Positions 1 through 4,836 of a DNA stretch of 13,458 bases are shown piece after piece (the stretch's first letter is position 1; the number at the start of each line of letters is the position of its first letter). The DNA is taken from contig CAOJXM010000007.1 of assembly GCA_948465625.1 (NCBI GenBank), positions 1 through 13,458 on the forward strand, in the 5' to 3' direction. The DNA comes from an uncultured Clostridium sp. (GTDB lineage: Bacteria > Bacillota > Clostridia > TANB77 > CAG-508). The notes beneath the pieces are model-generated. The model was not told where the DNA came from and ran no database searches. It saw nothing but the letters and a program-made list of their open reading frames with translations. Made by a program: the position numbers and the translations under genes.

Positions 1-429
1 GAATGTAATGTTATGAACGCAAAGCCCTCTTTCATCAATATCAGAATAAGAATAAGGCTGTGTGTTAATAAATCCTTCTCGTTCGACATAATCCAAAAGC
101 TTCTGCCGAATATCATCAGAGCCTTCTGTGTAAGGATAACGATACATTAAATCGTGTTCCAAAGAATGCTTCATTGCTTTGATAGCTGGTGGAAAAGGGG
201 GAAACATTACAGGATTTCCAGAACTCAAGTCAGTATCTGGCATACTAACAATGTTTTCATCTCGAACCTCGTAGCCATAAAAGTCAATGGCATTAGCAAT
301 TGCCTGTACCGTTGGATTAAATTGTTCACCATCTAATCTTGAACCGATATTGGGAAGACCAAACCGCCTTTCTTTTAGATGTGGTCGCTCTCTTAGCAAG
401 CGAACAATGGCACTTGATTTCGTAAGCAT
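1..429 (-). CDS. PLP-dependent aminotransferase (class I/II fold), N-terminal 143 codons only; the rest lies beyond the left window edge
   Basis: Missing from the ORF track because it has no stop codon inside the window. The reverse complement of 1-429 is one open frame. It starts at ATG (429-427) with GGAGGT (rc of 435-440) 5 nt upstream. Translation: MLTKSSAIVRLLRERPHLKERRFGLPNIGSRLDGEQFNPTVQAIANAIDFYGYEVRDENIVSMPDTDLSSGNPVMFPPFPPAIKAMKHSLEHDLMYRYPYTEGSDDIRQKLLDYVEREGFINTQPYSYSDIDERGLCVHNITF. The S-x-G-N-P...P-x-x-I...Y-x-x-x-E-G-x(3)-[IL]-R-x-x-L layout is the usual N-terminal segment of class I/II aminotransferases (recalled pattern). The PLP-lysine region is outside the window. Confidence 0.55.
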   Translation of the reverse strand, partial: MLTKSSAIVRLLRERPHLKERRFGLPNIGSRLDGEQFNPTVQAIANAIDFYGYEVRDENIVSMPDTDLSSGNPVMFPPFPPAIKAMKHSLEHDLMYRYPYTEGSDDIRQKLLDYVEREGFINTQPYSYSDIDERGLCVHNITF

Positions 430-521
430 ATTTTACCTCCTATTGTTAATTTGCATAACATTATATCATAAAAATGGTTAAAAGTAAATTGGTTGCATAA
501 GTAAAGTATGCAGAATTAAAT

Positions 522-550
522 TTGACATTATGTAGAAAAAGAGATATAAT
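522..550 (+). promoter_or_regulatory. Consensus sigma-A type promoter for the Spo0A_C gene
   Basis: TTGACA (522-527), exactly 17 nt spacer, TATAAT (545-550). Both hexamers match the consensus perfectly. The predicted TSS near 557 leaves a leader of about 35 nt that contains AAGGAGA (581-587). Confidence 0.6.
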
Positions 551-593
551 ATAAGTGTTTCAAAAATACATAATACATTTAAGGAGACATTAT

Positions 594-1079
594 ATGACAA
601 GAGAAGAGTTGTTCGAAGAGTTAGTGGCTGTGTTTCAAAGGGCAAATAAGTTGATGGCTCTAATTATGTCCGAAGACCCCACAAATGATGTCACAGAAAT
701 TACCAAAAGCGTTAAGCTGGAAGAAATTGTTACCAAATATCTGAAAGATATGGGAATACCTGCTAAGTTAAAAGGATATTCCTATATAAGAACTGCTATT
801 ATGATGACAATTCAAAATCCAGAGCTGGTTAGTGCGGTTACGAAGAGATTGTATCCAGAAATTGCAGTACAGTATAAAACCGCTTCTAACCGTGTAGAAC
901 GAGCTATTCGGCATGCTATTGAAGTGACATTTCAAAGGGGAAATTCTGAATTTCTCTACGGCATCTTTGGCAATACTATATCTGACGTAAAGGGCAAACC
1001 AACAAACTCAGAATTTATAGCATTGCTTGCAGATGAAATTCGTTTGGAAATGAAAAAGAATAACTTATTTACTGTATAG
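594..1079 (+). CDS. Stand-alone Spo0A C-terminal (effector/DNA-binding) domain protein with no receiver domain
   Basis: The ORF is 555-1079. I prefer ATG 594 because AAGGAGA sits 6 nt upstream and the GTG at 555 lies at or before the predicted TSS. The segments GIPAKLKGYSYIRTAI...VTKRLYPEIAVQYKTASNRVERAIRHAIEVTFQRGN...GKPTNSEFIALLADEIRLE match the hallmark of the Spo0A C-terminal domain (Pfam Spo0A_C). From memory, B. subtilis Spo0A has GVPAHIKGY...SRVERAIRHAIEVAW.RGN...KPTNSEFIAM.ADKLRLE. Only about 55 unrelated residues (MTREELFEELVAVFQRANKLMALIMSEDPTNDV...) precede it, and there is no CheY-like D-D-K receiver. Confidence 0.85.
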   Translation: MTREELFEELVAVFQRANKLMALIMSEDPTNDVTEITKSVKLEEIVTKYLKDMGIPAKLKGYSYIRTAIMMTIQNPELVSAVTKRLYPEIAVQYKTASNRVERAIRHAIEVTFQRGNSEFLYGIFGNTISDVKGKPTNSEFIALLADEIRLEMKKNNLFTV

Positions 1080-1111
1080 AGTATTACTCATTCGGTAGAA
1101 TATTGTCAAGG

Positions 1112-1146
1112 AAAGACGTTATCAGTAATGGATAACGTCTTTTCTA
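1112..1146 (+). terminator. Hairpin terminator after the Spo0A_C gene
   Basis: AAAGACGTTATC (1112-1123), 7-nt loop, GATAACGTCTTT (1131-1142), a perfect 12-bp stem. The T tract is short (TTTT then C), so intrinsic termination efficiency is uncertain. Confidence 0.55.
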
Positions 1147-1216
1147 CACAACAAAAAACTTTACAATATAAATCAAGGTCGTATTGCTTTAAAACTAGCA
1201 AAAATCAAGCAATGTT

Positions 1217-1247
1217 AACTTTAGTTGACAAAGTTCCAACTAAAGTT
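1217..1247. promoter_or_regulatory. Perfect 11-bp inverted repeat (candidate operator) overlapping a TTGACA -35 hexamer upstream of the XRE gene
   Basis: AACTTTAGTTG (1217-1227), 9 nt spacer, CAACTAAAGTT (1237-1247); the arms are exact reverse complements. TTGACA lies at 1225-1230 inside the left arm. The -10 is ambiguous: TAGCAT at 1250-1255 has a 19-nt spacer, and TATAAT at 1273-1278 has no good -35. Confidence 0.4.
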
Positions 1248-1303
1248 GGTAGCATGCAACAAAAAGAAAAGATATAATAAAATGCGAGAAAGGGGGAAAG
1301 GAA

Positions 1304-1990
1304 ATGACATTAGGAGAAAGACTATTACAATATCGAACAAATTTAAAAATATCACAAGATGCCTTAGCAGAAAAAGTTGGAGTAACAAGGCAAACTGTTT
1401 CAAAGTGGGAAACCGACCAAAGCACACCTGAGTTTAATAAAATTCTACCACTTTGTGAAATTTTTGGTATTACACCAAACGAATTAATAAAAGGAGAAAA
1501 GGAAGAAATAGTAGAGCAAAAGGAAAAGATAGAGCAAGAACAAATAGAACAGGAAATAATCAAAAGAAATAAGAAAAAGGCAACTATTGTTAGTATTAGT
1601 GTGTTCTTGTATATTATAAGTGTTTTTGTGGTAGCGTATATGGAAGAAACGTTACAATATGATGATGGAAAAACAGTCCTATTTTTAGGTGGAATTTGGG
1701 CAGTTGCTACTGTTTTACTTATCCATTTCTTTATTGCTAATCCAAAAGGAAAGTTAAGCAAGAAGCAAGAACAAATTATAAAAGAAGAAAAGAAAGTAAA
1801 TAAGAAAGTAGAAAAATATGTATTACAATTAATTACACTAATCTTTCTATTAATCTACTTAAGTGTAAGCTTTGTAACTATGGCATGGCATATTACTTGG
1901 ATTTTATGGATTGTTTATGGAATAGTAGAGGCAATTGTAAAAATTATATTTAATCTAAAAAATGAGGAGGAAAAGAAACATGTGGAATAA
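1304..1990 (+). CDS. XRE-family helix-turn-helix regulator fused to a four-helix transmembrane C-terminal region
   Basis: RBS AGGGGGAAAGG lies just upstream of ATG 1304. The N-terminal LGERLLQYRTNLKISQDALAEKVGVTRQTVSKWETDQSTPEFNKILPLCEIFGITPNELI is a typical HTH_3/Cro-C1 domain. A Glu/Lys-rich linker follows, then four hydrophobic segments: TIVSISVFLYIISVFVVAYM, VLFLGGIWAVATVLLIHFFI, VLQLITLIFLLIYLSVSFVTM and ITWILWIVYGIVEAIVKIIF. Confidence 0.85.
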   Translation: MTLGERLLQYRTNLKISQDALAEKVGVTRQTVSKWETDQSTPEFNKILPLCEIFGITPNELIKGEKEEIVEQKEKIEQEQIEQEIIKRNKKKATIVSISVFLYIISVFVVAYMEETLQYDDGKTVLFLGGIWAVATVLLIHFFIANPKGKLSKKQEQIIKEEKKVNKKVEKYVLQLITLIFLLIYLSVSFVTMAWHITWILWIVYGIVEAIVKIIFNLKNEEEKKHVE

Positions 1991-3037
1991 AGCAGGAAAA
2001 ATTACAGCCATTATCTTACTTATCATTGTAGCTATGATGTTATTAAGTGCTATGGTAATTGCTATTGTAAATAAAGATAAAAACTTTAAAATTGTCCTAT
2101 TTGGAATAGGAAACAGAACAAAAATGTTATCACAAAACGAATATAGCATAAGTGAAATTAGTAAAATAGAAATAAATGAGAATTCTGGAAAAGTAAGATT
2201 AATAGAAGGCGAATCAGATAAAGTAAAAGTAACCGTATATGGTTTAGAAGATGAGATATATAATGTTAATGTAACAGGAAACAAGTTACAAGTTCAAAAA
2301 GAAAGTAACACTTTTTATTTAATTTCTCTATTTTGTTTTGTAAGGCAAGAGGTTGAGATACAAATACCAAAAAATTATCAAGGAGATATTGCTATTAAAT
2401 TGGCAAGTGGAGCGGTAGAAATGATAGATTTAGAACAAGCCAATGTACAAATCGAAAGTCATTCTGGTAGTGTAAGATGTGGCAATATGAACAATGGCAA
2501 AATACAAACTACCTCAGGAAGTGTAACGATTGGAAATGCAAATGAAATAAGTGTAGAGGTTCACTCACGGAAGTATTCGATGTGGAAATGCCTTAAAGCG
2601 GTAGGTTTAAAGCAACTTCTGGTAGTATAAAAGTTGGAAATATGAAGGAAGCTAATTTAGAAGCAAAATCTGGTAGAATTGAAATAGGAAATATAGACGA
2701 GGTAGAAATGAGGGCAACCTCAGGAAGTATAAAAGCAAAAGAAGTAGGAAGTATTGTTGCCAATGTAACCTCAGGTTCAATTAAAATTAACAAAATTAAA
2801 CAATCTTGTAACTTATCTAGTAACTCTGGTAGTGTAAGAATAGAAGAATGTAATTTAACACAGAATTCAGAAATCAATGTAAAATCAGGTTCAGTAAACA
2901 TTGGAAAAATAAACGATGTTTTTGTAAATGCTACTGCGAAATCTGGTATTGTAAGAGTAAGAAACAATAATAATCGAAAAACAGAAGTAGAATTAAAAAT
3001 ACAAACTACTTCTGGTTCGATAAAAGTAGAAAAGTAA
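1980..3037 (+). pseudogene. DUF4097-type (LiaG-like 'putative adhesin') SGS[IV]-repeat membrane-anchored protein, split by two +1 frameshifts into ORFs 1962-2630 and 2642-3037
   Basis: The likely start is ATG 1980, with GAGGAGG at 1964-1970 and a 9-nt spacer. It overlaps the XRE stop codon (1988-1990). There is an N-terminal TM helix (ITAIILLIIVAMMLLSAMVIAIV) followed by repeated x-SGS[IV]-x-[IV]-GN units. The reading frame breaks at TCA-C-GGA-AGT (extra C at 2568). Intact copies of the same repeat read TCAGGAAGT at 2514-2522 and 2720-2728. Frame +1 then gives GSIRCGNAL and reaches TAG at 2602. Dropping one A of TTAAAG (2593-2598) continues as SGRFKATSGSIKVGNMKEANLEAKSGRIEIGN, which is the second ORF. 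Removing both bases restores one frame of 351 codons. Confidence 0.75.
2463..3037 (+). repeat. Tandem coding repeats (about 17-23 aa units, each starting with an SG-x-[IV] motif) of the DUF4097 protein
   Basis: The consecutive units are HSGSVRCGN, TSGSVTIGN, (S)GSIRCGN, TSGSIKVGN, KSGRIEIGN, TSGSIKAKE, TSGSIKINK, NSGSVRIEE, KSGSVNIGK, KSGIVRVRN and TSGSIKVEK. At DNA level tcaggaagt and tctggtagt recur. The repeats are degenerate and coding, with no spacers. Confidence 0.6.
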
Positions 3038-3065
3038 ACAAAAAAACAAAATTTAAAAACATATC

Positions 3066-3094
3066 TTTACAGACGAACTTTCATTTGATATAAT
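3066..3094 (+). promoter_or_regulatory. Sigma-A type promoter with extended -10 for the 3137-4786 operon
   Basis: TTTACA (3066-3071), 17-nt spacer ending in TGA, TATAAT (3089-3094), which gives TGaTATAAT. It lies about 40 nt upstream of the RBS AGAGGTG (3123-3129). Confidence 0.55.
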
Positions 3095-3136
3095 TAATAA
3101 CTGTAAAAATGTAATAAAGATGAGAGGTGAAACAAA

Positions 3137-3802
3137 ATGAGATATCATTACCTTCGTTTTGACATTTGGCTTTGTTTACTAATTAGTGTTTTACTTAGTT
3201 TTGTTCCCGTAAAAATAATGGAAGGCATTTTACCCAAAGCCAATGAGTCATATGAGGAGGAGCACACAGTAGCAGAAGGACAAATTGGTGGAACAGCAGA
3301 CGAAACAGTCTATCGTGCACAAAATGTAGAAGATTTACTATCACATGATACCTTTACGGTAATTTCGCCAGGAATTGAATATCGTAATCGAGGTGGAGGA
3401 TACTATGATGGGTATTATATGCATTCCTTAACATTACCATCAGGTGAAAGAGTAGCAGCACGTATTAATGAAGATGCGGTGCAACGTCCAGAAGAAAGTA
3501 TTTATAGAGGAGATACTACTTTACCAGTAGGTCGCATTGTGTATGAGGATTTAACACAAAATCCAACATTTATTCATCAAATTGAGTATACAGAACCACT
3601 AACACGTAAAGACTTTTATGTTGATATGTTAGGAGGAGCAGCAAAATTGAGCAAAGAAGATTATACACAGATGCCGATTATGCTAGCACAAATTATAACT
3701 GTTGTGATTGCTTTTCCAATTCTTCATGCTATTGGTGCAAAAATAGGAATTTTTCCATATTTTATTGGACCAAAGAAAAAGCAAGAATCAGAATGGAAAT
3801 AA
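3137..3802 (+). CDS. Hypothetical membrane protein: N-terminal TM, soluble domain of about 150 aa, C-terminal hydrophobic region
   Basis: AGAGGTG sits 7 nt before ATG 3137. The TM segments are FDIWLCLLISVLLSFVPVKIM and MPIMLAQIITVVIAFPILHAIGAKIGIFPYFI. The central domain (…YRNRGGGYYDGYYMHSLTLPSGERVAARINEDAV…LPVGRIVYEDL…) matches no family I recognise. Arg codons are 8 CGN and 3 AGA, unlike neighbouring genes. Confidence 0.7.
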   Translation: MRYHYLRFDIWLCLLISVLLSFVPVKIMEGILPKANESYEEEHTVAEGQIGGTADETVYRAQNVEDLLSHDTFTVISPGIEYRNRGGGYYDGYYMHSLTLPSGERVAARINEDAVQRPEESIYRGDTTLPVGRIVYEDLTQNPTFIHQIEYTEPLTRKDFYVDMLGGAAKLSKEDYTQMPIMLAQIITVVIAFPILHAIGAKIGIFPYFIGPKKKQESEWK

Positions 3803-3831
3803 AATATTATAAAATGAAAGGGTGTTTTTTA

Positions 3832-4437
3832 ATGGAAGAAACAAATCAAGAAAATAAAAAAATTAAAAAAATAGATATGCTATATCTTTTAGGCTATATC
3901 TTCATACCAATCGTAGTATGTGTGGCATGTTTTGAATTAAGTGCCTTATTTTTCCCAAAAGGAAATATGGCGGTTGTTTTACTAATGGGGCCAAGTATTC
4001 TATCTTTTGTATGGTGGTGCTTTGGAGGAACGTTACTTTTTAAACAAAAACAAAAAAAGTTTTTTAAGGAATTAGACGAAAAGAAATTTGAACGTAATCA
4101 TACTTTTTATGGTCGTGGTTCAACAGTAGTAGTAGATGCTGTTAATGGAAGTGTTGCTATTTTGTTCTTTTGGAATCCATTTGAGAATTTTGTACTACCA
4201 GCTAGTCGTGTTAGCAAAGCATGGGTAGATGACGGAAAAGGTGGAGCAGGATTTTTAGAGGGAAGTAGTAGAGTAAGTTTCCTTTTCACAATCGATGACA
4301 TTACCATTCGAGTAAATACCTTTACCTCAAACCAACGTTGGAGAATGGATAGCGAATACATATTAACAGGAATTTCAAAAGCAGATATGATGGTAGAAGT
4401 AATAGAAGCAGCAAAAAGTACAGCAGGAGTAAAATAA
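3832..4437 (+). CDS. Hypothetical protein: two N-terminal TM helices plus a beta-rich C-terminal domain of about 120 aa (possibly PH-like)
   Basis: The ORF track frame is 3793-4437. In-frame ATGs occur at 3793, 3814 and 3832. Only 3832 has a purine-rich RBS (AAAGGGTG at 3817-3824), so the start is uncertain. The TM segments are MLYLLGYIFIPIVVCVACFELSALFF and MAVVLLMGPSILSFVWWCFGGTLLF. The C-terminal part is GSTVVVDAVNGSVAILFFWNPFENFVLPASRVSKAWVDDGKGGAG…VSFLFTIDDITIRVNTF. Arg codons are 5 CGN and 2 AGA. Confidence 0.65.
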   Translation: MEETNQENKKIKKIDMLYLLGYIFIPIVVCVACFELSALFFPKGNMAVVLLMGPSILSFVWWCFGGTLLFKQKQKKFFKELDEKKFERNHTFYGRGSTVVVDAVNGSVAILFFWNPFENFVLPASRVSKAWVDDGKGGAGFLEGSSRVSFLFTIDDITIRVNTFTSNQRWRMDSEYILTGISKADMMVEVIEAAKSTAGVK

Positions 4438-4438
4438 G

Positions 4439-4786
4439 ATGGGATTTTTAAAAAAAGTAAAAGCAATGTTTCATGATGATTGGTGTAAAAATTGCCAAAC
4501 ACAAATGGAAGAAACCAAACGTCAATTATATAGATTACCTATGATAGTTGGAAATTATCAATCACATAGTAAGGCTGACTATTATATCAAAAATCTAGTA
4601 AAAGTAAATTGCAAAGCAGATATTCCATCTGGTATGTATGCCTGTGGTGTAGTTGCTTATCATTGTACAGATTGTGGGCATAATATAGTAAAATTATCTA
4701 TCTTTTTACCAGTACGTGAACAAGAAAAATACGAAGATGTGATTATATTTGAAAAGGGAGAATTAGACGAATTTTTAAAAAGATAA
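4439..4786 (+). CDS. Small (115 aa) putative zinc-ribbon protein, C16-x2-C19 … C76-x2-C79
   Basis: ATG 4439 follows the upstream TAA (4435-4437) by a single nucleotide. AGGAG at 4425-4429 gives a 9-nt spacer, so the arrangement is translationally coupled. The two CxxC pairs are CKNC and CTDC(GH). I recognise no family. Confidence 0.7.
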   Translation: MGFLKKVKAMFHDDWCKNCQTQMEETKRQLYRLPMIVGNYQSHSKADYYIKNLVKVNCKADIPSGMYACGVVAYHCTDCGHNIVKLSIFLPVREQEKYEDVIIFEKGELDEFLKR

Positions 4787-4790
4787 AAAG

Positions 4791-4831
4791 AATTAAGAGG
4801 TGTTCTTATTTAATAAGATTCCCTCTTAATT
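4791..4831. terminator. Bidirectional hairpin terminator between convergent genes
   Basis: AATTAAGAGG (4791-4800) pairs with CCTCTTAATT (4822-4831). The 21-nt loop contains an inner CTTAT/ATAAG stem. The hairpin is T-rich on the plus side (TTTACTTTATTTAT) and, read on the minus strand, is followed by CTTTTTAT. Confidence 0.6.
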
Positions 4832-4836
4832 TTACT

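Noticed and set aside
82-88. TTCGACA (a perfect Spo0A '0A box', TGTCGAA on the minus strand) near the Spo0A_C gene
   Set aside because: It is a single 7-mer inside the aminotransferase coding region, about 500 bp from any promoter. One chance occurrence in 13 kb is not surprising, and I found no cluster of boxes in intergenic regions.
154-481. ORF-track entries 154-336 (+) and 287-481 (+)
   Set aside because: They lie antisense to a well-supported minus-strand aminotransferase frame (1-429) that has an RBS and family-like sequence. Their translations are low-complexity and they lack RBSs.
555-593. Upstream alternative starts: GTG 555 for Spo0A_C, and likewise ATG 1962 for DUF4097 and ATG 3793/3814 for gene 3832
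   Set aside because: None has a Shine-Dalgarno sequence at proper spacing, whereas the downstream ATGs (594, 1980, 3832) do. GTG 555 also lies at or before the predicted TSS. The choice for 3832 remains the least certain.
1147-1303. Possible riboswitch or sRNA in the 224-nt intergenic region before the XRE gene
   Set aside because: I recognise no conserved riboswitch core. The only strong structure is the 11-bp palindrome, which is better explained as an operator overlapping the -35. A 7-bp repeat (ATTGCTT / AAGCAAT, 1183-1212) is weak for AT-rich DNA.
1221-1761. ORFs 1221-1427 (-), 1225-1431 (+) and 1240-1761 (-)
   Set aside because: They overlap the XRE-HTH gene and its upstream region. 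The XRE frame has a clear HTH_3 domain and RBS. The alternatives are Phe/Leu/Ser-rich mirror-frame artefacts of an A/G-rich coding strand.
2565-2604. Programmed ribosomal frameshifting as the explanation for the split DUF4097 gene
   Set aside because: There is no slippery heptamer, no stimulatory structure, and two successive shifts would be required. A third independent frameshift in an unrelated gene points to mutation or sequencing error.
1955-2967. Minus-strand ORFs 1955-2284 and 2593-2967
   Set aside because: They lie antisense to the DUF4097 repeat gene. Repetitive coding sequence poor in stop codons keeps the opposite frame open. They have no RBS and no recognisable domain.
2463-3037. 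Periodic DNA repeats (tcaggaagt / tctggtagt) that might suggest a CRISPR or other repeat array
   Set aside because: The periodicity is about 51-60 nt of degenerate coding repeats within one reading frame. There are no identical repeats of 25 nt or more separated by unique spacers.
4107-4502. Minus-strand ORF of 131 aa spanning the junction of genes 3832-4437 and 4439-4786
   Set aside because: It crosses two coupled plus-strand genes, has no RBS, and its translation is low-complexity. The plus-strand genes have SD sequences and sensible TM and Zn-ribbon features.
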